From NCBI GenBank assembly GCA_965199955.1, contig CBDATQ010000001.1, positions 64,001 to 128,000 on the forward strand: a DNA stretch of 64,000 nucleotides, read 5' to 3'. Made by a program: the position numbers and the translations under genes. Numbering within the stretch: position 1 is the stretch's first letter; every line of letters starts with the position of its first letter. Positions 28,933 through 38,672 of the stretch are shown one piece after another. The DNA is from Spirochaetia bacterium. Its GTDB lineage: Bacteria; Spirochaetota; Spirochaetia; SZUA-6; Bin103. Below the pieces are notes generated by a model, which did not search any database, had not been told where the DNA came from, and saw nothing but the letters and a program-made list of their open reading frames with translations.

Positions 28933-30248
28933 CGACTCAGGGCCCCGCGCAACGCCTCCACCGGGCGCAGCCGGGACGCCTTGCGCGCCGGCCAGTAGGA
29001 GGCGGCGGCGGTCACCGCGATGGCGTAGCAGAACACCAGCACGGTGGAGCGCGCGTCGAGCCGCGGGTACAACACGTCGGACATGTCGAGCTCCACTCCC
29101 TCCATGGCGGCGCTGTAGTCGATCCCTGCCTGCGACAGGGGCAAGACGATGGCGCTGCCCAGCGCCACGCCGGCCAGCGCCGCGGCGATGCCGATGAACA
29201 GCGACTCGAGGAAGAACAGGCGCGAGATCTGGGCTGCCGTCATGCCCAGCGCGGCGATCGTGCCGATCTCCTTCGTGCGCTCGAACACCACCATCATCGT
29301 CGTGTTGACGATCGCCGTGGTGGCCAGCAGGAAGAAGAACAGCGCGATGATGTTGAAGACCCAGGTGGTGAGCTGCAGCGTCGAGAACAGCTCGCTGGTC
29401 TCCGTCCACGCCTGCACCGCCAGATCGGGATCGCCGTCCGGCAGTGCCCCCGCCAGCGCGGCGGTGAGCGCCGGCACCTCCTGTTCGCTGCCGGTGTACA
29501 ACAGGATCTCGGTCACGCCGTCGGCGGGGTTCAACTTCAGGAAGCGCTGCACCGTGTCCAGCGGCGCCAGCAGCATGCCGCGCAGACCGCCGGTCGGAGT
29601 CCCGATCACGCCGCTCACCGTGAAGGTCCACGCCTGGGTGCTCAGCACTGCGGTGCGGGTGAGGATCGTCAGCTTGTCGCCCACCGCCAGGCCCAGCTCC
29701 TCGGCCTGCGCCGCACTGATCAGCATTTCGCGCTCGCCCGCGCGCGGCAGGCTGCCGCCGTGCACGTCGAGCTGCCAGGCGCGGGCGAACTCCTCCAGGG
29801 TGGGGCTGCCGGCGGCGCTGGCAGCGGCCCTGCCGCCCATCTGCGGCAGCCGGGCGCGCGCCACCTCGATCTCTCGGGCGAAATCGAGGCCCAGGCCGAA
29901 GGCGCCGTGATTGCGATCCTCGCGGTAGATGGCGCCGGCGAAGCGCACCCGCGGCAGCACGCCCGTCACTTCGGGCAACTCCTGCAGCCGCGCTGCCAGG
30001 GCGCCGGCGCCGGTCACCGCGAGGTGCACGGGGTTGAGGGCCTCGTAGCGCCCGTACTCGGCGTGGCGTACCCGCGCGTGACCGCTGTCGTAGGTCAGGG
30101 CGTTGGCCACCAGGTCGCCGAGCATGCCTCCGAGCAGTGAGAACCCCAGCACCACCGAAAGCGTCGCCACGGTGATAGCGGAGCCGGACAGCAGCGAGCG
30201 GCGCTTGTTGCGCGCCACGTTGCGCAGGGCGATGACCCACAGCCTCAT
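28929..30248 (-). CDS. ABC transporter permease (LolC/E, FtsX-like)
   Basis: IALRNVARNKRRS, ERTKEIGTIAALG, PARKASRLRPVEALR. Confidence 0.88.
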   Translation of the reverse strand: MRLWVIALRNVARNKRRSLLSGSAITVATLSVVLGFSLLGGMLGDLVANALTYDSGHARVRHAEYGRYEALNPVHLAVTGAGALAARLQELPEVTGVLPRVRFAGAIYREDRNHGAFGLGLDFAREIEVARARLPQMGGRAAASAAGSPTLEEFARAWQLDVHGGSLPRAGEREMLISAAQAEELGLAVGDKLTILTRTAVLSTQAWTFTVSGVIGTPTGGLRGMLLAPLDTVQRFLKLNPADGVTEILLYTGSEQEVPALTAALAGALPDGDPDLAVQAWTETSELFSTLQLTTWVFNIIALFFFLLATTAIVNTTMMVVFERTKEIGTIAALGMTAAQISRLFFLESLFIGIAAALAGVALGSAIVLPLSQAGIDYSAAMEGVELDMSDVLYPRLDARSTVLVFCYAIAVTAAASYWPARKASRLRPVEALRGALSR

Positions 30249-30261
30249 GCGCCGCCTCCGG

Positions 30262-30960
30262 TCACTCGGCCCGGGCCCGGCGTTCGTCGGCGACGATGCG
30301 GCCGTCCTGCAACCGCACCAGCCGGTCCGCGTAGTCCATCACCATGGCGTCGTGGGTGGAGAAGATGAAGGTCGAGCCGAGCTGACGGTTGAGCCGCCGC
30401 ATCAGCTCCAGCAATCCCTCGCCGGTCTCGGAGTCGAGGTTGGCGGTGGGTTCGTCCGCCAGCACGATCTGCGGCTCCTTGACCAGCGCCCGGGCGATGG
30501 CCACCCGTTGCTGCTGGCCGCCGGAAAGTTCGGCCGGCCGGCGCCCGGTCATGTCCTGCAGGCCGACTTCCCCCAGCATCTCCAGGCTCCGCGTGCGCAC
30601 CTCGCCAGCGTCAAGCGTGAGCAGCGACAGAGCCAGCGAGACATTCTCGTACGCGGTCAGCACCGGAATCAGATTGAACGACTGGAACACGAATCCCAGG
30701 TGATTCCGCCGGAACAGGGCGAGCTGCTTGCGGGTCAGGCCCGACACCGCCTGATCGTCGATCAGCACCTCGCCGGAGCTGGCCGCGTCCAGACAGCCTA
30801 TCAGGTTGAGCAGCGTGGACTTGCCCGATCCCGAGGGTCCCGCGATGGCAAGGAGCTCCCCGCGGTTCACCTCCAGGCTGACGCCGCGCAGCGCGGAGAC
30901 TTCCGTCGTGCCGCTCCGATACACCTTGGTGACGTTGCGAATCGAAATCAATCCGGACAC
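30262..30960 (-). CDS. ABC transporter ATP-binding protein (LolD-like)
   Basis: [45 protein letters not shown] 30960 estimated start. Confidence 0.92.
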   Translation of the reverse strand: MSGLISIRNVTKVYRSGTTEVSALRGVSLEVNRGELLAIAGPSGSGKSTLLNLIGCLDAASSGEVLIDDQAVSGLTRKQLALFRRNHLGFVFQSFNLIPVLTAYENVSLALSLLTLDAGEVRTRSLEMLGEVGLQDMTGRRPAELSGGQQQRVAIARALVKEPQIVLADEPTANLDSETGEGLLELMRRLNRQLGSTFIFSTHDAMVMDYADRLVRLQDGRIVADERRARAE

Positions 30961-30967
30961 GGACAAT

Positions 30968-30996
30968 ACTGTATATAACTTCATTATTGAAGTCAA
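30968..30996 (-). promoter_or_regulatory. Sigma70 promoter with embedded palindrome (putative TetR operator)
   Basis: TTGACT-17 nt-TACAGT; inverted repeat ACTTCA-N4-TGAAGT at 30978-30993. Confidence 0.75.
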
Positions 30997-31303
30997 TTCA
31001 CCTCCGTCGCACGCTCCCCGCCGAAACCGGCCAGCAGCAGCAGACGGTCGCGAGGACGGTTGTCTTCAAGCCGGCAGCCACCTCCGTGGTGGCGCAATAC
31101 CCTCAATGGTCGTCGGCCCAGCGTCCCCGGTGCCTCAGTTGCCCAGAGCGAAGTGCCGCAGCGACCGGATCGCCCAATAGCCGAGCGTAGCCGGCCAGAA
31201 GGCACCGGAGATGATGGCCACGACGACCGACTCCCATGCCGCCGAGGCGACCATGCCGGTGGCGGAGCGCCGCAGGATGCCGGCGCGTAGTACGCTGCCC
31301 GGA

Positions 31304-32182
31304 ATGAAACGGAGGATCCTCGGAAAGACCCGGCTGCGCGCCACGGTGCTCGGCTACGGCGCCATGGAACTGCGAGATCCCGGGCGAGTGAGCGACCGCG
31401 AGGCGGATCGCCTGCTCGGCGCCGTCCTCGACGGCGGCATCAACTTCATCGACACCAGTCCCGACTACGGCGAGTCCGAGGACCGCATCGGCAGGTACCT
31501 CTGCCATCGGCGCAGCGACTACGTGCTGGCCACCAAATGCGGCTGCAACGTGGACGACCGCGGCACCGGCCGCGACCCCCGCCACGTCTGGACGCGCGAG
31601 CAGCTCCTTCGCAACATCGAGCAGTCGCTACGGCGGCTGCGCACCGACCACGTCGACATCTGGCAGCTCCATGGCGCGCGGGTCGAGGACGTGGACGGCG
31701 CCGGCCTGCTTGAGGTCATGCACGAGGTGAAGGCCACCGGCAAGGCTCGCCACGTGTCGATCTCGTCCACGCTTCCGGACATCCGAACGTACCTGCTGCG
31801 GCGAGCGTTCGCCACCTACCAGATCCCCTATTCCGCGCTGCAGCGGGAGCACGAGCTGGTGATCCGCGAGGTCGCGGCCGCTGGCGCGGGCGTGATCATC
31901 CGCGGCGGCGTTGCCAAGGGGGAGCACTCCGCCCGGATGGCGAACCGCTGGAAGTTGTGGGAGACCTGCAACCTCGACGAATTCGTGGCCGAGGACGAGT
32001 CACGATCCGGGTTCCTGCTGCGGCTCACGATCACCCACCCCGGGATGCACACGACCATCGTCGGAACGAGCGATCCGCAGCACCTCGCCGAAAACCTGGC
32101 GGCCGCCGAGCGCGGCACGGTGCGCGAAGACGCCTATGCCGAGATCCAGCGGCGGCTCACCGGGGCCGGCGAGCACCCGTAG
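31304..32182 (+). CDS. Aldo/keto reductase
   Basis: MKRRILGKT, LGYGAM, INFIDTSPDYG, LATKCG, SLRRLRTDHVDIWQLH. Confidence 0.9.
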   Translation: MKRRILGKTRLRATVLGYGAMELRDPGRVSDREADRLLGAVLDGGINFIDTSPDYGESEDRIGRYLCHRRSDYVLATKCGCNVDDRGTGRDPRHVWTREQLLRNIEQSLRRLRTDHVDIWQLHGARVEDVDGAGLLEVMHEVKATGKARHVSISSTLPDIRTYLLRRAFATYQIPYSALQREHELVIREVAAAGAGVIIRGGVAKGEHSARMANRWKLWETCNLDEFVAEDESRSGFLLRLTITHPGMHTTIVGTSDPQHLAENLAAAERGTVREDAYAEIQRRLTGAGEHP

Positions 32183-32347
32183 CGGGAGCGCTGCGACCTG
32201 CCAGACCCGCGCAGCGATCGGCGACGCGCTCAGGGCCTAACGCTGCGGATCGCGACTCACCGAGCCGCCGATCGATGCGCCCCGAATGCTGCCCTCGAAC
32301 ATTCGGCGAACCCGCGCCGCGAACTTGCAGCAAATCATTTTATGAAT

Positions 32348-32361
32348 TTGATTTAAATCAT
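32348..32361. promoter_or_regulatory. FNR/CRP-like palindrome TTGAT-TTAA-ATCAT in an AT-rich patch
   Basis: One mismatch to TTGAT-N4-ATCAA; core TGATTTAAATCA is a perfect palindrome. Confidence 0.35.
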
Positions 32362-32362
32362 G

Positions 32363-32760
32363 TTACACGCCACCTGAAGCGAGCTCGCATCCACCGTCTC
32401 CGCCCTGTCCGATGCCGCCCGAGCCGTAGCTCAGGCTCTGCCGCAGGTGCGGAACGCCGTCGGACGACGGAGCGTAGAACACCCCCACCTCGAAGTCCTT
32501 GTCGGCGCTAGCCTCGGCAGCCGTGAACCAGCTCCCCATCGGGTAGATCGCCGCCTTGCCGGCCAGGAACTGCTGCTCCAGGTCGGCGTAGCCGACGCTC
32601 AGCGCGCCCTTAGCGCGCGGTGTCCACGTTTCGGATCCGCTGGAGGTCGGGATCATCGTCGGGCAGTGGCCACAGGATGCCGGCGTCGGCGAACACGTTG
32701 ATGGTGACGTTGGTCATCAGGTCGGGCACGTCACCGGCGGCGATCCGCGTCCCCGGGGTT
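32363..32760 (-). pseudogene. Remnant of a sugar ABC transporter solute-binding protein
   Basis: TRIAAGDVPDL...FADAGILWPL joined out of frame to LEQQFLAGKAAIYPMGSWF...DFEVGVF; no start, no partner genes. Confidence 0.65.
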
Positions 32761-32929
32761 GGTCAGCGCAGGCGGGCCGCCCGGCACGGCGCCGAAGCGG
32801 CCTCTGCCTGTCGCGACACAGCGTATCACGGGCCGGCACTCGGCCATCCCGACGCCTGCGCCACCGCTCGCGGATTTTCGATAGAATCGCCGACCGAACC
32901 CCAACAATCCGATAATCCCTTATAGAGCG

Positions 32930-35900
32930 ATGAGCACCGCAACAGCACCCTTGTCCGTTTTCCAGCCGGTGGAGAGCCAGGTCGACTTCCCGGCCATGGA
33001 AGAAGAGATCCTGGCCTTCTGGAACGATGGCGGCCTGTACCGGAAGTCGGTCGAGGGCCGCCCCGCCGACAGGCCGTTCCGGTTCTATGACGGGCCGCCG
33101 TTCGCCACCGGCCTGCCGCACTACGGGCACCTGCTCGCATCCATCTCCAAGGACGTGGTGCCGCGCTACTGGACCATGCGCGGCTACCGCGTGGAACGCC
33201 GCTGGGGCTGGGACTGCCATGGCCTGCCGGTGGAGAACGAGGCGGAGAGCCAGCTTGGCCTGAAGACTCGCGCCGACATCATCGACTACGGCATCGGCCC
33301 CTTCAACGAGTACTGCCGGCAGGTGGTGCTGCGCTACACCGCCGAGTGGCAGACGCTGATCCAGCGCCTGGGCCGCTGGGTCGACTGGGACCACCAGTAC
33401 CGGACCATGGACACCGACTTCATGGAGTCGGTCTGGTGGGTGTTCAAGTCGCTGTGGGACAAGGGCCTGATCTACGAGGGCTTCAAGTCGCTGGCCTACT
33501 GCCCGCGCTGCGCGACGCCGCTGTCCAACTTCGAGGTCAACCTCGGATACCAGGACACGCAGGACCCGTCGATCACCGCACGCTTCCGCGTGCGCGGCGC
33601 GCCCGGCCTGTCCATCCTGGCCTGGACGACCACGCCCTGGACGCTGCCGTCGAACATGGCGCTGGCTGTGGGCTCCGACATCGACTACGTGCGCGTCGCC
33701 ACCACGGACGGCGAGTCGCTGATCCTGGCGCGCTCCCGCCTGGACGCCGTGTTCGGCAAGCGCACGGCGGAGATCGCCGCGGTCGCCGAGCAGCCGGTCG
33801 ACGAGCTCCTGGCCATGACCTACGAGCCGCTGTTCGACGACTTCGCCGAGCTGCGCGACGAGGGTGCGTTCCGGGTGGTGGCCGCCGACTTCGTGTCCAC
33901 CGAGGACGGCACCGGCATCGTCCACATCGCCCCCGGCTTCGGCGAGGACGACCACCTGCTCGGCCAGCGCGCCGGCATCCCCGTGGTCTGCCCGATCGAC
34001 GCCGACTGCCGCTTCACGGAAGAGGTGGCCGACTACGCCGGGCAGTTCGTCAAGGACGCCGACACGCCCATCGTCCGCGCCCTGCGCGCGGCCGGCACGC
34101 TGTTCTCCGATGGCACCATCGTCCACAACTACCCGTTCTGCTGGCGCTGCGACGCGCCGCTGATCTACCGCACCGTCTCCACCTGGTTCGTCCGGGTCGA
34201 GGGCGAGCTCAAGGAGCGGATGCTGGCCGCCAACCGCCGCATCCGCTGGGTCCCTGAGCACATCCGCGACGGCCGCTTCGGCCGCTGGCTGGAGGGCGCC
34301 CGCGACTGGGCGATCAGCCGCAACCGCTACTGGGGCACGCCGCTGCCGATCTGGCGCGACGAGGAGACCGGCGAGGCGCTCTGCGTGGGCAGCATCGAGG
34401 AGCTCGCGGCGCTGACCGGCCAGCCGGTCGACGACCTGCACAAGCACCGCATCGACGACCTGGAGATCCCCTCGCCGTCGGGCGCGGGCACCCTGCGCCG
34501 CATCCCGGAGGTCCTGGACTGCTGGTTCGAGTCGGGATCGATGCCGTACGCGCAGAGCCACTACCCGTTCGGGCGGGCGGAGGACTTCGAGGCGAGCTTT
34601 CCCGCCGACTTCATCTCCGAGAACCTGGACCAGACGCGCGGCTGGTTCTACACGCTTACGGTGCTGGCGGCGGCCCTGTTCGACGGGCCGGCGTTCCACA
34701 ACTGCATCGTCGGCGGCATGCTGCTGGCCGAGGACGGCCGCAAGCTGAGCAAGCGCCTGCGCAACTACCCCGACCCGGCGAAGATGCTTGCCACCTACGG
34801 CGCCGACGCGATGAGGCTCTACCTGCTGAACTCGTCGGCCATGAAGGCGGAGGAGCTGCGCCTGAGCGAGTCCGGGATGAGTCAGAGCCTGCGCGACGTG
34901 ATCATCCCGCTCTGGAACGCCTACAGCTTCTTCGTCACCTACGCCCGCATCGACGGCTGGAAGCCGGCCGCGGGACCGGACGCGGCCGGGACCCGATCCA
35001 CGAACCGCCTGGACCGCTGGATCGTCTCCTCGCTGCAGACCCTGCTGGACGACGTCAACCGGGAGATGGAGGCCTACCGCCTCTACCGCACCGTGCCGGC
35101 CATGGTCGCGTTCGTGGAGCGGCTCACCAACTGGTACATCCGGCGCAGCCGCCGCCGCTTCTGGAAGTCCGAGGACGACGCCGACAAGGCGGCCGCCTAC
35201 GCGACGCTCTACGAGGTGCTGACCGCCTTCGTGAAAGCGCTGGCGCCCGTGCTCCCGTTCGTGACCGAGCGCATCTACCAGAACCTCGCGCGCGCCGCCG
35301 ACCCCGGCGCCCCGGAGAGCATTCACCTCTGCGACATGCCGCAGGCGCGCGAAGATCTGCGCGACCGGGCGCTGGAGCGCAGCATGGAGTTGGCGACGCG
35401 GGCGGTCGTGCTCGGCCGCTCGCTGCGCGGCAAGCACGACCTCAAGGTCCGCCAGCCGCTGCGCCGCCTCTACCTGCTGCCGGCCGACGAGGAGAGCCGC
35501 CACGAGCTCGAGCCCATGCGGGACCTGATCGCCGAGGAGCTCAACGTCAAGGAGGTCGTCCTGGTGGAAGACGAGACCGAGCTCAGCGAGGTCTCCTACA
35601 AGCCCGACTTCCGCCGCCTGGGCCCCCGCTTCCGCACCGGCATGAAGGAGGCGGCCGCGCGCGTGCGCTCGCTCAGCCCGGCCGACATCGCCGAGCTCAA
35701 GGGCGGCGGCATCGAGGTCGCCGGCGGCCGCATCACCCTCGACGACCTGGACGTGCAGCGCACGGAGAAGCCCGGCATCGTCGCGGCGCTTGCGAACAAC
35801 CTGGGCGTCGGCCTGGACACCCAGCTCGACGCGGAGCTTCAGGCCGAGGGGCTCGCCCGCGAGCTGGTTAACCGCATCCAGAACCTGCGCAAGACCGCCG

Positions 35901-36109
35901 GCCTGGAGGTCTCCGACCGCATCGAGCTCGGCGTGCAGGGCACGGACGAGGTGGAATCGGCGGTCGCCGGCCACCGCGACTACGTGAGCGGCGAGACCCT
36001 GGCCGTCGAGCTCCGCATCGGCTCGCTCCCGGACGGCGCCGCCGAATCGCAGGCCCTCACCGTCAACGGCCACGACGCCACGGTCGCGCTCCGCAAGGCG
36101 GAGCGGTAG
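32930..36109 (+). CDS. ileS: Isoleucine--tRNA ligase (type 2)
   Basis: FYDGPPFATGLPHYGH, GWDCHGLP, AWTTTPWT, DWAISRNRYWG, DQTRGWF, KLSKR, EGLARE. Confidence 0.96.
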   Translation: MSTATAPLSVFQPVESQVDFPAMEEEILAFWNDGGLYRKSVEGRPADRPFRFYDGPPFATGLPHYGHLLASISKDVVPRYWTMRGYRVERRWGWDCHGLPVENEAESQLGLKTRADIIDYGIGPFNEYCRQVVLRYTAEWQTLIQRLGRWVDWDHQYRTMDTDFMESVWWVFKSLWDKGLIYEGFKSLAYCPRCATPLSNFEVNLGYQDTQDPSITARFRVRGAPGLSILAWTTTPWTLPSNMALAVGSDIDYVRVATTDGESLILARSRLDAVFGKRTAEIAAVAEQPVDELLAMTYEPLFDDFAELRDEGAFRVVAADFVSTEDGTGIVHIAPGFGEDDHLLGQRAGIPVVCPIDADCRFTEEVADYAGQFVKDADTPIVRALRAAGTLFSDGTIVHNYPFCWRCDAPLIYRTVSTWFVRVEGELKERMLAANRRIRWVPEHIRDGRFGRWLEGARDWAISRNRYWGTPLPIWRDEETGEALCVGSIEELAALTGQPVDDLHKHRIDDLEIPSPSGAGTLRRIPEVLDCWFESGSMPYAQSHYPFGRAEDFEASFPADFISENLDQTRGWFYTLTVLAAALFDGPAFHNCIVGGMLLAEDGRKLSKRLRNYPDPAKMLATYGADAMRLYLLNSSAMKAEELRLSESGMSQSLRDVIIPLWNAYSFFVTYARIDGWKPAAGPDAAGTRSTNRLDRWIVSSLQTLLDDVNREMEAYRLYRTVPAMVAFVERLTNWYIRRSRRRFWKSEDDADKAAAYATLYEVLTAFVKALAPVLPFVTERIYQNLARAADPGAPESIHLCDMPQAREDLRDRALERSMELATRAVVLGRSLRGKHDLKVRQPLRRLYLLPADEESRHELEPMRDLIAEELNVKEVVLVEDETELSEVSYKPDFRRLGPRFRTGMKEAAARVRSLSPADIAELKGGGIEVAGGRITLDDLDVQRTEKPGIVAALANNLGVGLDTQLDAELQAEGLARELVNRIQNLRKTAGLEVSDRIELGVQGTDEVESAVAGHRDYVSGETLAVELRIGSLPDGAAESQALTVNGHDATVALRKAER

Positions 36110-36143
36110 CTCCACCAGGGCGACTCTGCACAAGACCCCACAC

Positions 36144-37028
36144 GTGTTCACGACCGGCGAATTCACCAGGATCGCGCGGGTGACCCGGCGCACCCTGCGC
36201 CACTACCGGGACATCGGCCTGTTCGTGCCCGTCGAGTCGGACGCCGACAATGGCTACCACTACTACACGATGGCGCAACTTCCGCGCCTCCACCGGATTC
36301 TTGCGCTGCGCGAGCTGGGGTTCGGCCTTGACCAGATTCAGCGCATGGTCGACGACGTGATTGCTCCCGGTGAGGTGCGCGACCTGATGCAGCGCCGCAA
36401 GGCGGAGATCGAGCGGGATCTGCAGCGCGGGCGGCAGAGCATCCGCGCCATCGAGTCACGCCTGCAGCTCCTGGAGCGCGGTGTTGCCGACTTCGAAATC
36501 GTCGTGAAGCGGCTGCCTTCGCGGGCCTGGTATGCCGCAACCTTCCGGTGCAAGAGCCTTCCTCATGCGAAGGAGACGTTTGCGCGGGTGTCTCGCGGCC
36601 TGACGGAACGGATCGACCCGGCACTGCGGGCCCAGTTCGTGTCGCGGATGAGGTCGGATGCGTTCGAGGTGTCCGGGATGGACATCGAGCTCGGCTACCT
36701 GTTGGAGCCGGGCGCCGAACCGGCAGCGGAAACGATCGCGGGGCTGGGGTTCGCGCCGGCAACGCTGGCCACCGTACGGACCGCGGCAACCATCGTCGTG
36801 GCCATGACGCCGGACCTCTGGCACGTCGCGACCACAGCGATCGGCCAGTGGCTGGAGTCGAACGCGTACCGGATCACCGGCATGACGCGCGAGGTGTGGC
36901 ACGAGCTGCCCGGCGGTGACCCCACGCCCGTCGCCGAGTTGCAATGGCCGGTGGAACCGGCCGAACCGTCGGAGAGCCGGTCCATGACCGACCCCCCGGC
37001 GTCCGGTCAGGTCAGAGAAGGGCGATGA
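36144..37028 (+). CDS. MerR-family regulator with C-terminal effector-binding (GyrI/BmrR-like) domain
   Basis: FTTGEF...RTLRHYRDIGLFVP...NGYHYY...LRELGFGLDQI; C-terminal WLESNAY...REVW...ELQWPV. Confidence 0.88.
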   Translation: MFTTGEFTRIARVTRRTLRHYRDIGLFVPVESDADNGYHYYTMAQLPRLHRILALRELGFGLDQIQRMVDDVIAPGEVRDLMQRRKAEIERDLQRGRQSIRAIESRLQLLERGVADFEIVVKRLPSRAWYAATFRCKSLPHAKETFARVSRGLTERIDPALRAQFVSRMRSDAFEVSGMDIELGYLLEPGAEPAAETIAGLGFAPATLATVRTAATIVVAMTPDLWHVATTAIGQWLESNAYRITGMTREVWHELPGGDPTPVAELQWPVEPAEPSESRSMTDPPASGQVREGR

Positions 37029-38046
37029 AGTCCGCGATCGTCTCCGCCAGCTCGACCGGCGCGTCCTCCTGGATGAAATGGTACGCCGGTGCCGATTCCG
37101 AACCGACCGATCGGGTTTCCAGGTTGGGCATGACGTGCGCAAGCTGCGCCGCCAGCGTGGCGGCGTTCGGCAGTCGGCCCGGCACGCCGTGGATGAACAG
37201 CTTCGGTGTCTCGGTGCGCATCAGATAGGCCGCGGAGCGCTGCGCGATCTCGATCTGCGGCGCCGGCTTCGCCGGCTGGCCGCCCGATCCGTCCGGGTCG
37301 TACCGGGGATGTCCGGTGGTGTCCAGGAACGGCAGATATTGCGGCAGAAGGAAGAGCTGCTCGCGACTCTCGGGCGTCAGGAAGGGGGCGCGGTACACGG
37401 CGCGCTCCTGTTCCGTCCACTGCCGGCGGGTCCCCCCGCACTCCGGGTTCAGCAGGAAGCACTCGACGAAGAAGTTGTCGTCCACAACGTTCTTGCGGCC
37501 GGTGACCGGATGGAGGACGCCCGTCAGGAAGAACGACGGCACGTTGGACATGTCGGGAATCGGCTGAAACGGAGTCTCGAAGAACACGAGCCCGCGCACC
37601 CGATCCGGATGATTGGCTGCGTAGGCAAAGCCCCAGGGCCCACCCCAGTCGTGCAGCACCAACGTGATGTCGTCCAGGCCCAGCGCCTCGATGAACTGCG
37701 TGAGCATCTCGATGTGCCCGGCGGCGTCCAGGGGCTCGGTCCGGTCCGACAATCCGAAGTTGATCATGTCGGGCGCGATGACCCGGCCATGCTCGCTCAG
37801 GATCGGGATCATGTTGCGCCACAGGTAGGCCTGCGTCGGGATGCCGTGCAGCAGCAGAATCGGGTCGCCCCGCCCCTCGTCGAGGTAGTGCATTCTGAGG
37901 CCGCCATCCAGCGCCACGAAGTGCGAAACGTAGGGGAAACCCTCGTAGGCGAGCGTCCCGTCCCCTTCCTGGGCGCCCGCGCTCCCCGCGGCGATCGACA
38001 GACCTGCCAGCAGGGTGACGAAAATCGAACGGTTCATGGTAACCAT
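37012..38046 (-). CDS. Haloalkane dehalogenase-family alpha/beta hydrolase with signal peptide
   Basis: MHYLDEG.GDPILLLHGIPT..YLWRN, APDMINFGLSD, LVLHDWGG, FFET, HFIQED; N-terminal hydrophobic stretch ending AGA-QE. Confidence 0.85.
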   Translation of the reverse strand: MVTMNRSIFVTLLAGLSIAAGSAGAQEGDGTLAYEGFPYVSHFVALDGGLRMHYLDEGRGDPILLLHGIPTQAYLWRNMIPILSEHGRVIAPDMINFGLSDRTEPLDAAGHIEMLTQFIEALGLDDITLVLHDWGGPWGFAYAANHPDRVRGLVFFETPFQPIPDMSNVPSFFLTGVLHPVTGRKNVVDDNFFVECFLLNPECGGTRRQWTEQERAVYRAPFLTPESREQLFLLPQYLPFLDTTGHPRYDPDGSGGQPAKPAPQIEIAQRSAAYLMRTETPKLFIHGVPGRLPNAATLAAQLAHVMPNLETRSVGSESAPAYHFIQEDAPVELAETIADFIALL

Positions 38047-38052
38047 GCCGCG

Positions 38053-38083
38053 ACCGTAAGGATGGCCGTAACGTCCAGGTCAA
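38053..38083 (-). promoter_or_regulatory. MerR-type promoter (19-bp spacer with dyad) for the dehalogenase
   Basis: TTGACC-TGGACGTTACGGCCATCCT(19)-TACGGT, then 6 nt and ATG; dyad TGGaCGT-T-ACGgCCA. Confidence 0.75.
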
Positions 38084-38110
38084 CGAGCGCGTCTCTGTGT
38101 ACAGCGGTCG

Positions 38111-38139
38111 TTTACTAATATTACAGAGATCCGTACAGT
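38111..38139 (+). promoter_or_regulatory. Sigma70 promoter of the phd-relE module
   Basis: TTTACT-17 nt-TACAGT upstream of GGAGG RBS. Confidence 0.6.
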
Positions 38140-38161
38140 GGGATGGAACTCGGAGGTCGAG

Positions 38162-38428
38162 ATGGCAAAGGAACTGCCCATTACCGAAGCGCGCGCCAAG
38201 CTCACGCAGATCGCCAACGACCTCGTCGACTCTCAGAACACGGTGATCGTCACGAACCGGGGGAAGCCGATGATGACGCTGATCGGCTACGAGATGTACG
38301 AGTCGATCATGGAGTCCCTGGAGATCATGAGCGATCCCGACCTGATGGCGCAGCTCCGGAAGAGCCTGGTGGAGGCTCGAAGCGGCGACGTGATCGGCCT
38401 CGTGGAGGTCGAGCGCGAGCTCGCCTGA
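38162..38428 (+). CDS. Phd/YefM-family antitoxin
   Basis: ITEARAKLTQI...VIVTNRGKP...YESIMESLEIMSDP. Confidence 0.88.
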   Translation: MAKELPITEARAKLTQIANDLVDSQNTVIVTNRGKPMMTLIGYEMYESIMESLEIMSDPDLMAQLRKSLVEARSGDVIGLVEVERELA

Positions 38429-38429
38429 G

Positions 38430-38615
38430 GTGTGCCGGGTAGTTCTGACCCCGACGGCCCGAGACATGCTGGCCGAGATCCGGGACCGGCGCATCCGCCG
38501 ACAGATCCTCACCAGGCTGCAGGCTCTCCAGGAGCACGCGAAGTCGATCGGAAAGCCCCTGATCGGCGAACTTGCGGGGTGTTACAGCCTGCGAGTCGCG
38601 GCGCGACGGTACCCG
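38430..38615 (+). pseudogene. Truncated RelE/ParE-family toxin
   Basis: VVLTPTARDML...GKPLIGELAGCYSLRVAARRY, then loses the RIIY C-terminal strands; frame reads on into the next antitoxin. Confidence 0.7.
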
Positions 38616-38672
38616 GTCCCCTGCGATTTCCAGAGGTTGGACACGAGTTCCGCAATTCACTATTTTCGTGAC

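Noticed and set aside
31135..31254. Short hydrophobic minus-strand ORF (MVASAAWESVVVAIISGAFWPATLGYWAIRSLRHFALGN)
   Set aside because: Could be a gene remnant, but it has no RBS or recognisable family; unsupported
32930..36109. Type 2 IleRS as an acquired mupirocin-resistance gene
   Set aside because: Codon usage matches the host and type 2 IleRS is the usual housekeeping form in spirochaetes
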